In this document: one piece after another, positions 8,506 through 17,455 of the stretch | How the letters are laid out: every line of letters begins with the position of its first letter | Position numbering within the stretch: the stretch's first letter is position 1 | Source: a virus | Taxonomy: Duplodnaviria; Caudoviricetes | Virus record (IMG/VR): IMGVR_UViG_3300022862_000027 | Coordinates: 1-25,096 of that record | Strand: one strand, 5' to 3' | DNA length: 25,096 bases | Translations under genes and position numbers: made by a program | Notes under the pieces: model-generated | What the model saw: only the letters and a program-made list of their open reading frames with translations | What the model was told of the DNA's origin: nothing | The model's database searches: none

Positions 8506-8957
8506 CAGCGGATACCTTCAATCTCGGCGGCGGCGAGATACGGCACACCGTTGATGTGGATAAAGTCCGGACTGGTGACGTCGAACGGCACCTTATGCTT
8601 GGTCTTTTCGCCGCCCTTCGGATCGATTGCCAGCAGGCTGGAGACCTTCACCTTGCAGCCGAAGGCCTCCACGCGCAGTTCTTCATCACCGCCTGCTTTG
8701 GCGAAGAACACCGCATCAAACGGCTTCAGTTCGCGAAAGCTCCCCGCCGAGCGCGCCGCGTCGATCAGCAGTTGAAAGTTGGCGCTATCCAGTTCCAGTT
8801 CGCCGGCAGCCGCGACGTCGCCTTCCACATAGCCGTCCGGCACGCCACGGGTTTGGGCCACTGCCGAGTTGTCAGTGATGTCCAGGGTGCAGTTCTCGAC
8901 GTGCAGCGCGATGTCGCCCAGGCTCACGTCGAAGTTCTTGCCGCCAATTTTTGCCAT
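8505..8957 (-). CDS. Tail tube protein (HP1-type DUF2597-like)
   Basis: 150 aa after the sheath gene. Motifs GVPDGYVEGDV and VTSPDFIHINGVPYL. Confidence 0.82.
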   Translation of the reverse strand: MAKIGGKNFDVSLGDIALHVENCTLDITDNSAVAQTRGVPDGYVEGDVAAAGELELDSANFQLLIDAARSAGSFRELKPFDAVFFAKAGGDEELRVEAFGCKVKVSSLLAIDPKGGEKTKHKVPFDVTSPDFIHINGVPYLAAAEIEGIR

Positions 8958-8963
8958 GGGGCG

Positions 8964-10079
8964 TTACTCCGTTTTGTCGGTGGAAAGATCCAGGGCGATG
9001 TTCGCCGTCAGGTCTTTCGGGCAGTTGAGGGGTTTGAGCTTGAAGTAGGCGACCACCTTGGTTTTGCTCAGCCAGGTCAGCACCAGGTCGCCGTCTTTCG
9101 GCGGCTCGATGTCGCCGGGGAATACCTGTCCAGCAAACGTGACGGACTTGGCCATGGCGCGCAGCGGCGCCATCAACTGGTTGGTGTTGACCGCCATGCT
9201 GTTGGGCGTGTTGTTCAAACGACGATCGGCCACGCGGCGGATCAGCAGCGCCCGGATCAGGCGAGCGGCTTTGTCGGTGATGCGCAGATATTCCACGACC
9301 TGAAAGTCACTGCCGGGGGTGTCCAGCATGTTGCCGTCACCCCAGTACACGCCCTGGTAATCGGGATAGGTCTGCGAAACCGAGTAGCGCGCCCGATCCA
9401 GTTCAGTGCGCACGGCCGAGGGCAGGGGGATCTTGTCGCCATCAATCGGCACCGGGCCGAGGCCCAGCACGGCACCGGTGGCCACACGCATCGGGCTGTC
9501 GGCGATGCTCACGGAAGCGTTTGCCAAGCGACCGGCGAGTACGCCCAGGTCATTGCCGTGTAGTTGCGGGACGACCAAGACACGCGGCGCCGCCAGGTTG
9601 GCCAGCAGCGCTTTACGCTCACTCACGTATTGCGCCCAGGTCTGGTCGGCGGTGATGCCGGCAGTGCATGCCATCACAAAGACGCGACGGCCATAGGTGT
9701 TACTCAGCGAGATTGCGGCGTCATGCATCGCTGACACTTCGGCCGGTGCAGTGACGGGTTTGGTAATAACCACCGCCTCGACGGAAAACCCCTGTTGCTG
9801 GGCCTTCTCCAGTGCGCTCGCCCAGTCGCCTTCTGCGGCGATCGGAGCTGCAACGCACGCCCAACGCTGGCCACCGTTGAGGCGGGCGGCGGTGATTTGG
9901 GTTTTCAAATCGCTGGCCGGCACGCCCAGGGTGGCGTCCAGATCGCTGTCCGTGTTCAGGGGGACGAACTGGCCGACGTTCTTGCCGGCCGGGCCGATGA
10001 AAAGAAAGTAACGCTCAATCTCAGTCACCGGACCTTGGCCCAGATTGAGATTGTCGACGGTGACTTGACCGAGTGCCAT
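8964..10079 (-). CDS. Tail sheath protein (HP1-type DUF2586-like)
   Basis: 371 aa. Motifs VDNLNLGQG..EIERYFLFIG, YPDYQGVYWGDG and CPKDLTANIALDL; synteny with the tube gene. Confidence 0.85.
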   Translation of the reverse strand: MALGQVTVDNLNLGQGPVTEIERYFLFIGPAGKNVGQFVPLNTDSDLDATLGVPASDLKTQITAARLNGGQRWACVAAPIAAEGDWASALEKAQQQGFSVEAVVITKPVTAPAEVSAMHDAAISLSNTYGRRVFVMACTAGITADQTWAQYVSERKALLANLAAPRVLVVPQLHGNDLGVLAGRLANASVSIADSPMRVATGAVLGLGPVPIDGDKIPLPSAVRTELDRARYSVSQTYPDYQGVYWGDGNMLDTPGSDFQVVEYLRITDKAARLIRALLIRRVADRRLNNTPNSMAVNTNQLMAPLRAMAKSVTFAGQVFPGDIEPPKDGDLVLTWLSKTKVVAYFKLKPLNCPKDLTANIALDLSTDKTE

Positions 10080-10090
10080 GTAGTGCCTCG

Positions 10091-10774
10091 TTAGCGGGGT
10101 GAAGTTAGGATTTGTTGCATCACCTGATTAATCAGGAGATTGGTTTCGCGTTCAGTTTCGGCGCCGATGAACTGGCGTTTCGGCAGTGTGATTTCCCAGC
10201 TCTGCGCGCCGGTGGTCTCTTGGCGCTGGTCGTCCAGAATGCGGATCAGCAGGCCGGCCTGGGCGTAGCTCACATGGTCTTGAATCCACGCCACAGACGG
10301 CCGGGTCAGCGTCTTTTTTCCCGCCTGGCGCACACGGAAGCCCAACCTACGCAGACGCTTGGCCTGTTTGTCGGTCGCAGCCAGGCCCGGAGGGGTCTTG
10401 TTCCAGCGGCGCATCTGCGCGGCCGTGCGGCGTTCGCTGGCACCGTTGTGTTGCTGGGCAGCGACCCATCGGGTCAGGGCGTTTTTCCAGCCCAGTTCCG
10501 CTTCGTCAGGGGTCACGCGGGTGACCACCATCAACTTGGCCAGGCCGGCTTCCATTTTCTTTTTGCCCTTGCCGTCGCCCTTGCGCGGGGCGAACGGCGA
10601 GCCGTCCAGGTTTCGCTGTTCACGCACACGCTTGCGGCTCATCGTCCGCACGCGCTTGGTAACCTGGTTCAACAACCGGCGGCGCAGTAGCGGCGGCAGG
10701 CTCAACAAGGCCAGTTGCTCGCGCACGCCAAGGCGACCGCGCACGTCGAGTTCGAAAGTGCTACGGCCGGCCAT
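10091..10774 (-). CDS. Virion morphogenesis/tail completion protein, P2 gpS-like
   Basis: 227 aa, basic. Motifs QRNLDGSPFAPRK and LPKRQFIG. Confidence 0.82.
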   Translation of the reverse strand: MAGRSTFELDVRGRLGVREQLALLSLPPLLRRRLLNQVTKRVRTMSRKRVREQRNLDGSPFAPRKGDGKGKKKMEAGLAKLMVVTRVTPDEAELGWKNALTRWVAAQQHNGASERRTAAQMRRWNKTPPGLAATDKQAKRLRRLGFRVRQAGKKTLTRPSVAWIQDHVSYAQAGLLIRILDDQRQETTGAQSWEITLPKRQFIGAETERETNLLINQVMQQILTSPR

Positions 10775-11213
10775 CGGTGGCCACCTCGCCGCGCTCGGCT
10801 ATCCACAGATCAAAGGGGACAAACGCCCAGGTCTTGCCGAAGGCCTCGATCTCGCCTGCAGGGTCTTCGGACAGGTACTGTGGCTCGACGAATTCCAGCG
10901 TGACTTCCACGTCGAACAGATCGTTGTCCAACGGCTCCACGGCGAATTCCGGCGCCGGCAGTTCGTGGCGGTCGCGATCGCCGTCGTGGTTTTCCAGCCA
11001 GCTGCCGACCAGGGCCATCAGGCGCGCCGGATGGTCGGCGAAGCGCTCGAGCACAAGCGCGGCGCGATAGTGCATATCGGCGAAGTGCATGCCGCCGACG
11101 TCGGGTTTCCAGATCAGCGAAAGCTTTACCTGCTCGGTGAAGCTGTCGAGCTGTTCAGGCGCAACCAGGCGGCGTTCCAAAAGGTAGGTGGTAAGTCCTT
11201 GCAGCTTGGTCAT
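10761..11213 (-). CDS. Tail completion protein, P2 gpR-like
   Basis: 150 aa between L and S. Motifs YRAALVLERF, WLENHD and VTLEFVE. Confidence 0.75.
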   Translation of the reverse strand: MTKLQGLTTYLLERRLVAPEQLDSFTEQVKLSLIWKPDVGGMHFADMHYRAALVLERFADHPARLMALVGSWLENHDGDRDRHELPAPEFAVEPLDNDLFDVEVTLEFVEPQYLSEDPAGEIEAFGKTWAFVPFDLWIAERGEVATDGRP

Positions 11214-11671
11214 AGCAGCGCCGCCGTTATGCGGCCACGGCCTTGTAGAACCCGGATGGCTTGCTGGCTGAATTCCAGAAAGGTTTCGCCGCGCTCGGGC
11301 AATTCCTTGCCGATGTTTTCGGCGCTTTCGCGACGGTTTACGGTGGCGAATTGGGTCAGCAGGCTGGCTTTAGCACGGCAGTAAACGGCGCGCTTGTACG
11401 TCTCACCGTGAAATGTGCGTTCAGGCAGCACCATCGGGTCGGCCGTTTCCACGGTGGTGACACCCACGTTCTGCCAGTCGCTCTTGCGCTTGGCCAGATC
11501 GCGGTTGACCTCGATCATCGCGGTCGTTAAGTCGGTGACCAGCATGTCTACCAGGTACTCCGCCGGAAGGCGGTAACCCTTCTGAAACTCAGCCACGGAG
11601 AGGTTCGGCCAGAAGCCGTCGTTCTCGATGGCCTGTTCCACAAAGGTCGTGGGTTTCCCGGAAAAACTCAT
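11210..11671 (-). CDS. Head completion/stabilisation protein, P2 gpL-like
   Basis: 153 aa from MSFSGKP. Motifs IENDGFWPNL and YKRAVYCRAKA. The ORF-track start further upstream runs through an intergenic stem-loop. Confidence 0.87.
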   Translation of the reverse strand: MSFSGKPTTFVEQAIENDGFWPNLSVAEFQKGYRLPAEYLVDMLVTDLTTAMIEVNRDLAKRKSDWQNVGVTTVETADPMVLPERTFHGETYKRAVYCRAKASLLTQFATVNRRESAENIGKELPERGETFLEFSQQAIRVLQGRGRITAALL

Positions 11672-11690
11672 TACTGGGCACTCAAATAGG

Positions 11691-11753
11691 GCGGGGAAAC
11701 TGTTTCTCATGGGGTGGGCCATAAATGGCCAACTCACGTCCACAGTTCCCCGC
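11691..11753 (-). promoter_or_regulatory. Long imperfect intergenic stem-loop between gpM and gpL
   Basis: Outer stem GCGGGGAA(A)CTGT...ACAGTTCCCCGC and inner GGCCA-TAAA-TGGCC hairpin. No U-tract. Confidence 0.6.
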
Positions 11754-11769
11754 AGGGGGGGTAGTCGGG

Positions 11770-12474
11770 TTATTCGGAGGCGTTTTCAGCCAGTTGTTTT
11801 TCCAGTGCCTTGCGAGCGCCTTTCAGGCGCGTTCCCACGCCAATTTCGGAATGCAGTTCTTGGGCACGTTCGAAGTGGCGGACGGCGGTTTCCCATTCCT
11901 TGGTGTCGATAGCGCGGATGCCGAGCAACTTGTGATAGCGCGCCGGGATTTGTGCCGGCAGATCCCATTCACCGTCCACGAACGGCATCATGTCGCTCAG
12001 GTATGGCTCGGGGCAGCGCCCGCACTTTTGCTCGTTCTCGGCCCAGTCAATCACTGCGTCACCCACGAACGTCGGCACGTCACGCTTGAAACCGTCGGGC
12101 ATCGCTTGGCCTTGCTGGATAGCGAACATGGCGACCTGTAAACCCAACTCGAACTGCTCGGTATCGAAGAGCCAGACCAGGACATGCACCAACACCGGGT
12201 TCGGGTGATTCAGTCCTGAGTCGCGGTAGCGCTCGACGTATTCCATGTACTTGGGCAGCAACTCGTCGCGCTTAATCAAACGGCGGGTTTCGTGGTTGTT
12301 GATGTTGCTGATCCGCTCCAGATCAACGGCCAGCGCGCTTTCCATCAGCTTGAGGTGCTTCTGCGCATTGGCTGGGCTGGCCAAAGCCGTGCTGGAGCTG
12401 TACGGCTCCGCACGGGTCACGGTGCCCGGGCCTTCTGCCAGAACGCGTCGCTTGTGAGCAAGGGCGATACTCAC
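11770..12474 (-). CDS. Terminase small (endonuclease) subunit, P2 gpM-like
   Basis: 234 aa from GTG at 12474 (GTGA overlap with the capsid stop). Motifs KRDELLPKY, LVWLFD, QAMPDGF and IGVGTR. Confidence 0.88.
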   Translation of the reverse strand: MSIALAHKRRVLAEGPGTVTRAEPYSSSTALASPANAQKHLKLMESALAVDLERISNINNHETRRLIKRDELLPKYMEYVERYRDSGLNHPNPVLVHVLVWLFDTEQFELGLQVAMFAIQQGQAMPDGFKRDVPTFVGDAVIDWAENEQKCGRCPEPYLSDMMPFVDGEWDLPAQIPARYHKLLGIRAIDTKEWETAVRHFERAQELHSEIGVGTRLKGARKALEKQLAENASE

Positions 12475-13496
12475 GGCAGCAGCTCCAGATTGCTGGCTTC
12501 GATCGCCGCGAACTTTTCCAGCTGCTCGATCACATAGCCCTCGTTGCGGCCGTTGTAATCCTCGACACGGGAGCGCTTTGGGTTCTCGATCAGGTGGCGG
12601 CGCCAGCTGCTGTCCTGGAAGTAGATCGACAGGTTGTCCCAACTGGTGACGACAACGCCGGTGGATGGAAAGTGAGGGATCACGAAGGACGGCAAACCGC
12701 CATAGGTGTCAATCACCTGAGCGTTCTCGATACGCTCTTTTTCGGTCGGCGTGTCGCCTTGCTTGGCGTACAGCTTGCCCTTGTCATTGGCCAGCAGATC
12801 GCTGCCGATGATTGCGATCAGGTCGCCGGCATCCCGGAACACAGGATCAATCATCTGTTTGACGTCATGTACAAGGGCGTCAAGGTTGGCGTAGTCGCCA
12901 CCGGCGCCGAGGGTGATTTTGCCGGCGTTCTTGCCTTCCTTCAGTACCTGGGCAGGGATCTGCTCGCGTGCCAATTGCAGCCAGCCCTTGTTGACGTCTT
13001 GCAGCATCGGATGCGCCGTGAGGTCGGTCTGTGCCGCCGCTTCGACGCCATGCCAGCCGATCATGATGCGATCCAGCGCGATCTGGCGTTGCACCGCCGC
13101 GCTATAGCGCTCTGCAAAGTCCGGGAACTTGGCCCAGCTGTCGATTTTCGCGAACGGGAGGCCCACGTCGGACTCAGTATGGAACAGCTCGTAATCCAGA
13201 CCCGATACATCGCTGAAGTCCTTGGCTTCACGGTCTTTGGTTTTGGTGTTGGTGCGGCTGGACACCGGGCCGGTCACGCCGAGCATGACCTTTTGCCCTT
13301 TGATTTCGCTGACGGGAACCACGTTGATGCGACTGAGAAAGTCGGATTTTTCGGTGATTTTGTCGTTCAGCTCTTGGGCAATGCTCGGTTCAACGGCGAA
13401 CTGGCGAGACACGTCATGGACGTTGTACGACTCGGCCATGTCGTCCTGCAAAAGCGCGAACTGTTCCTGGGCGTGACTGCTGAGAGAGGCGCCCAT
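12471..13496 (-). CDS. Major capsid protein, P2 gpN-like
   Basis: 341 aa. Motifs FAVEPSIAQ, ALDRIMIGWHG, PMLQDVNKGWLQ, NLSIYFQ and NEGYVIE. Confidence 0.95.
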   Translation of the reverse strand: MGASLSSHAQEQFALLQDDMAESYNVHDVSRQFAVEPSIAQELNDKITEKSDFLSRINVVPVSEIKGQKVMLGVTGPVSSRTNTKTKDREAKDFSDVSGLDYELFHTESDVGLPFAKIDSWAKFPDFAERYSAAVQRQIALDRIMIGWHGVEAAAQTDLTAHPMLQDVNKGWLQLAREQIPAQVLKEGKNAGKITLGAGGDYANLDALVHDVKQMIDPVFRDAGDLIAIIGSDLLANDKGKLYAKQGDTPTEKERIENAQVIDTYGGLPSFVIPHFPSTGVVVTSWDNLSIYFQDSSWRRHLIENPKRSRVEDYNGRNEGYVIEQLEKFAAIEASNLELLP

Positions 13497-14429
13497 TTAC
13501 AAGGTTCTCCGCTTCTGGCTCTGCGACGCGCCGGTGGTGCGCGGGACGCTGCGTCCCTTCGGCGTATCCAGTAGAGCGGTGAATTTCTTGTCCAGGTTGG
13601 CGACGGCCTTTGCCAACGCCTGGTTACTGGTCACACCTTTACGGCGACGGGAGTACTCGCGCTCTTCTTCGGCTGTGTCGAGGATGTCCTGCACGGAGGT
13701 GCCGACCGCGTCGATTTGATCCTGGTCTGCTTCGACTTCGGCCGTGTCAGGCTCGATCAAGGTTTGAATGCCGGCAGCGACGAGCAACAACTGTTCGACC
13801 AGTGCGGCCAGCGCTTTGGCTTGGGCTTCATCCATTGGGGTTTGGCTCTCTGATTGGGGGTTCGGGGTTGCTGAGGGTTCTTCGATGCCGAAGCGCTTGA
13901 ACAGGCCGGAGAACATCGAAAGGAGTTTTTGCAGCTCGCCCTTGGGTTCGGCTTCAGTGAACGTGAACGAACCCAGCGGAAGGGAGGCGCTGTAATAAAC
14001 GGTTGGGGAGACCTTTTTGCGGGAGAAATACAGCTCTTGAGTGCCAGTGCTGGCTGGGGAGTCAGTCACTGCCAGACCGGTCAAATAGGCTTTGCCCTTG
14101 CCACGGAAATTAGGGGTGATTTCGATGCTAGTGAACAGCTTCTGGCCTTGGTCGTTCAGCCACAGCAATTGATCGTTAGGCTTGAGCTGTGCCTCAAGTG
14201 CGACCTGGCCGGGTTCCAGATCCTCGTCATCCTCCACCAGGCGCACGGCGTAAACCGTCCCGTGGGATCCATAGCCACGCTCGTGCTCACACCAGATCAC
14301 TGCCGTGTAGAAAGACGGCTTGTAGGTCTCGGCGATGTCGCGCAGTTCCTGGGGCAGAATCTCGCGGTTATCAGCGGTGGTGCCGCTGGTGGCGACACGT
14401 TTCCAGAAAGAAACAAGGGAACGGGGCAT
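13497..14429 (-). CDS. Capsid scaffolding/protease, P2 gpO-like
   Basis: 310 aa from MPRSL. Motifs VATSGTTADNREI, WCEH, KLFTSIEI and YLTGLAVTDSPASTGT, which supply D/H/S protease residues. Confidence 0.92.
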   Translation of the reverse strand: MPRSLVSFWKRVATSGTTADNREILPQELRDIAETYKPSFYTAVIWCEHERGYGSHGTVYAVRLVEDDEDLEPGQVALEAQLKPNDQLLWLNDQGQKLFTSIEITPNFRGKGKAYLTGLAVTDSPASTGTQELYFSRKKVSPTVYYSASLPLGSFTFTEAEPKGELQKLLSMFSGLFKRFGIEEPSATPNPQSESQTPMDEAQAKALAALVEQLLLVAAGIQTLIEPDTAEVEADQDQIDAVGTSVQDILDTAEEEREYSRRRKGVTSNQALAKAVANLDKKFTALLDTPKGRSVPRTTGASQSQKRRTL

Positions 14430-14465
14430 TGGCGTTTCTGCGCTCAATCGGTGGTTTGAGTCGCC

Positions 14466-14584
14466 ACGATAGGGAGCCAGGCACCACCAAACAAACGCTT
14501 TGCTTTCGCCTTTCTCCTATTTTCACGATCTAGGAGATTCGCGGAATTTAACACCGCGTTTTCGGTGTTTTCGCCGCATAGACT
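14466..14584. promoter_or_regulatory. Divergent late promoter pair with central dyad (candidate Ogr-type activator site)
   Basis: TCTCCTA-N11-TAGGAGA at 14513-14537. -10-like TAGACT (+, 14579-84) and TATCGT (-, 14471-66) each begin 54 bp from the dyad centre. Confidence 0.6.
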
Positions 14585-14591
14585 GCGGCCC

Positions 14592-16625
14592 ATGCTCTAT
14601 TCAATCGAAGTTAAAGAAGCCGCAAAACGTCTCTATTTGCGTCGGTGTAAGCCGAAAGAGATTCAGGCTCAGCTCAAGCTGCCGAACATCCGAATTGTCT
14701 ATTACTGGATCGCCAAGGGCGGCTGGGACGAGATGCTGTCGGATGAAGAACCGCTGACGGCGGTCAGCCGGCGTCTGACCCTTATTCTTGAGAAACAGAC
14801 CACGCTCACCAAAGGCGAACTGGACGAACTCGACCGATTGACCACCGTCCGCGATCGGCTGCTGAAACAGTCGAATAAGCCTGCCCAGGTTGCGGCAGGT
14901 GACGCGCCGTCGCACGATCAAGGCGAGCGCCAGGACAAGCGCCGGGAGCGTGGCGAACGGGGCGGCAGGAAGCGTGAAAAGAAGATCAAGAATGACGTTT
15001 CGGGGCTTACCGAAGTCGACTTTCTGGATAAGTTCATCAGCAAGATGTATGGCTATCAGAAGGAATTGTTTGAAGCCAAGCAGAACCCCCTGACGCGCCG
15101 GATCCGCAACATCCTGAAAAGTCGGCAGGTGGGTTTGACCTACTACTTCGCCGGCGAAGCGTTCATGGATGCGGTGCTGACCGGGGACAATCAAATGTTC
15201 CTATCCGCCAGCCGATCGCAATCGGAGATTTTCCGTAGCTACATCATCCAGTTCGCCCAGCAGTGGTTTGGATTGGAACTGACCGGCAACCCTATTGTGC
15301 TGAGCAACGGCGCCGAACTGAGGTTCCTCAGTACCAACAGCAGCACCGCCCAGGGGCACCACGGTCACGTCTACATCGACGAATATTTCTGGATTCGCGA
15401 CTTCGAAAAGCTCAGCACTGTGGCCAGTGCTATGGGCACCCACAAGAAGTGGCGCAAGACGTATTTCTCTACTCCGAGCGCGGTAACGCATCAGGCCTAT
15501 CCGTTCTGGACTGGTGAGACCTTCCGCAACAGCAAGCGCAAGGCAGCGAAGAATCCTTGGCCAAGTGAAAAGGAAATTGCTGCGGGCGCGCTGTGCCCGG
15601 ATGGCCAGTGGCGCAAGATCATCACCATCGAGGACGCTATTGCCGGCGGCTGCGATCTGTTCGATCTGGAGCAGTTGCAACTCGAGTACGACGCGGACAA
15701 ATTCCAGCAACTGTTTTACTGCAAATTCATCGACAGCACCCAAGGGGTGTTCGCACTGGCCGACTTGGAACGGTGCTACTCCGATCTGTCGTTGTGGACG
15801 GACTTCGAACCCGAGGACGATCGACCCTACGGAAACAGTCCGGTATGGATCGGCTACGACCCGAGTCGAACGCGAGACGACGCAACCTGTGTTGTCCTGG
15901 CTCCACCATTAGAGCCGGGGGCCAAGTTCCGGATACTGGAAAAGCACAGTTGGCGTGGGCATTCGTTCACCTTCCAGGCAGCGCAAATCAAAAAGCTCAC
16001 GGAGCGTTTCAACGTCCAGCACATCGGCATCGACACCACCGGTATCGGCTACGGGGTGTTTGACCTGGTGCGCGACTTCTACCCGCGTGCGACCTCAATT
16101 CACTACAGCCTTGAAACCAAAAACAGCCTGGTACTGAAAGCCCAGGACACGATCCAAGGCAGTCGAATCGAATGGGACGCCGGTTGGAACGACATCGCAC
16201 AGGCCTTCTTGACCATCAAACGCGGTGCAACCAGCAGCGGCCAGATCACCTACAGCGCCTCTCGCACCGACGCGACAGGTCACGCAGACATTGCCTGGGC
16301 AATCATGCACGCGCTGGCTCACGAACCTCTCAACACCAATAAGCAGCGGCGTAGCTCCTACACACTCAGCGGAACAGGTACACATGGGCAAGCGAAGAAA
16401 CCAGCAAACCGTCAATCCACCACGCGAGCGAGCGCGGGCGTTTTCGTTCGGCGCTCCCGAGCAGGTGCTGACCGAAAACATCGGGCAATACCTGGGCACG
16501 TTTGCCAGCCACGACGGCCGTATTTACACGCCGCCAGTGTCGCGCCAGGGGCTGGCGAAGTTGTTGCGCGCCAACGCACACCACGGCGCCATTCCCGGGT
16601 TCAAGCGCAACCTGCTGCTGCGTGA
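14592..16625 (+). CDS. Terminase large (ATPase) subunit, P2 gpP-like, with C-terminal extension overlapping the portal gene
   Basis: 677 aa. N-terminal HTH, Walker A-like ILKSRQVGLT, Walker B VYIDE, coupling motif FSTPS, and nuclease motifs IGYDP, IGIDTTG and HADIAWA. Confidence 0.95.
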   Translation: MLYSIEVKEAAKRLYLRRCKPKEIQAQLKLPNIRIVYYWIAKGGWDEMLSDEEPLTAVSRRLTLILEKQTTLTKGELDELDRLTTVRDRLLKQSNKPAQVAAGDAPSHDQGERQDKRRERGERGGRKREKKIKNDVSGLTEVDFLDKFISKMYGYQKELFEAKQNPLTRRIRNILKSRQVGLTYYFAGEAFMDAVLTGDNQMFLSASRSQSEIFRSYIIQFAQQWFGLELTGNPIVLSNGAELRFLSTNSSTAQGHHGHVYIDEYFWIRDFEKLSTVASAMGTHKKWRKTYFSTPSAVTHQAYPFWTGETFRNSKRKAAKNPWPSEKEIAAGALCPDGQWRKIITIEDAIAGGCDLFDLEQLQLEYDADKFQQLFYCKFIDSTQGVFALADLERCYSDLSLWTDFEPEDDRPYGNSPVWIGYDPSRTRDDATCVVLAPPLEPGAKFRILEKHSWRGHSFTFQAAQIKKLTERFNVQHIGIDTTGIGYGVFDLVRDFYPRATSIHYSLETKNSLVLKAQDTIQGSRIEWDAGWNDIAQAFLTIKRGATSSGQITYSASRTDATGHADIAWAIMHALAHEPLNTNKQRRSSYTLSGTGTHGQAKKPANRQSTTRASAGVFVRRSRAGADRKHRAIPGHVCQPRRPYLHAASVAPGAGEVVARQRTPRRHSRVQAQPAAA

Positions 16626-17403
16626 GTTCATCGCCTCGCCCGGGTGCAGCATTCAAACCATGAGTCGCGCAGGGCTGGATTTCATGGTGTTCGGAGAGGC
16701 TTACTTCCTTCGAAACTGCAATGTGTTCGGCGAGGTGCTGGAAATGGATCACCTGCCGGCGATCAACATGCGGGTGAAAGTGGATGGTGGTTTCGTGATG
16801 CTCTTGCCGGACGGCAAGGAGGTGGAGTTTGACCAGGATGAGGTCGAGCATGTCCTGAACTACGACGTAGAACAGAACGTCTATGGGGTACCCGATTACC
16901 TTGGCGGTATGCAGGCACTGTTGCTCAACGAGGCGGCGACATTGTTTCGCCGGCGCTATTACAGCAACGGTGCCCACGCGGGCTACATCTTCTACACCAA
17001 CGACCCGAATCTGACCGAGGATGACGAAAATGAGCTGCGCGCGCAGATCAGCGCGAGCAAGGGGGTGGGTAACTTCAGGTCGATGTTCGTGAACATCCCA
17101 GGCGGTACCGAAAAGGCGATACAAATCATCCCCGTGGGTGACTTCCAGGCGAAAGATGAGCTGGAAAAGGTGAAGAACATCACCCGTAATGACGTGATTG
17201 CTGCCTGGCGTATGAACCCGGCGCTGGCAGGCATTATTCCGGAGAACAGCGGAGGGTTTGGTGACATCGAAAAGATCGATCGCGTGTACACCAACAACGA
17301 GATTCGTCCGATCTGCCAGCTGTTCGATCAGTTGAACGGTTCACTGCGAGCCGATCGGCATATCGGATGGCGCGACCCAATTGAGTCAGCTCCAGCAGTT
17401 TGA
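16384..17403 (+). CDS. Portal protein, P2 gpQ/PBSX-like
   Basis: 339 aa from MGKRR. Motifs YTPPVS, YGVPDY, ATLFRRRYYSNGAHAGYI, SKGVGNFRSMF and GGFGDIEK. Confidence 0.95.
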   Translation: MGKRRNQQTVNPPRERARAFSFGAPEQVLTENIGQYLGTFASHDGRIYTPPVSRQGLAKLLRANAHHGAIPGFKRNLLLREFIASPGCSIQTMSRAGLDFMVFGEAYFLRNCNVFGEVLEMDHLPAINMRVKVDGGFVMLLPDGKEVEFDQDEVEHVLNYDVEQNVYGVPDYLGGMQALLLNEAATLFRRRYYSNGAHAGYIFYTNDPNLTEDDENELRAQISASKGVGNFRSMFVNIPGGTEKAIQIIPVGDFQAKDELEKVKNITRNDVIAAWRMNPALAGIIPENSGGFGDIEKIDRVYTNNEIRPICQLFDQLNGSLRADRHIGWRDPIESAPAV

Positions 17404-17415
17404 GGTTGCTTCACG

Positions 17416-17438
17416 TAGAATAGTGTATGTACATACAC
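17416..17438 (+). promoter_or_regulatory. -10-like TAGAAT followed by a perfect 16-bp palindrome (candidate operator) upstream of ogr
   Basis: TAGAAT at 17416-21 and GTGTATGTACATACAC at 17423-38. The same 14-bp core occurs at 23182-95. Confidence 0.7.
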
Positions 17439-17455
17439 CATTGGGAAGGGGCGCA

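Noticed and set aside
11770-12642. ORF-track upstream starts for gpM (12642), gpL (11743), TAC (7018), portal (16225), ogr (17381), cox (23204) and C (23127)
   Set aside because: These extensions overlap neighbouring genes or regulatory DNA. Downstream starts have stop/start coupling or an RBS and family-typical N-termini.
17423-17438. Palindrome as a LexA (SOS) box
   Set aside because: It has GTGT-N8-ACAC (ATGT...ACAC at the switch), not the required CTGT-N8-ACAG.
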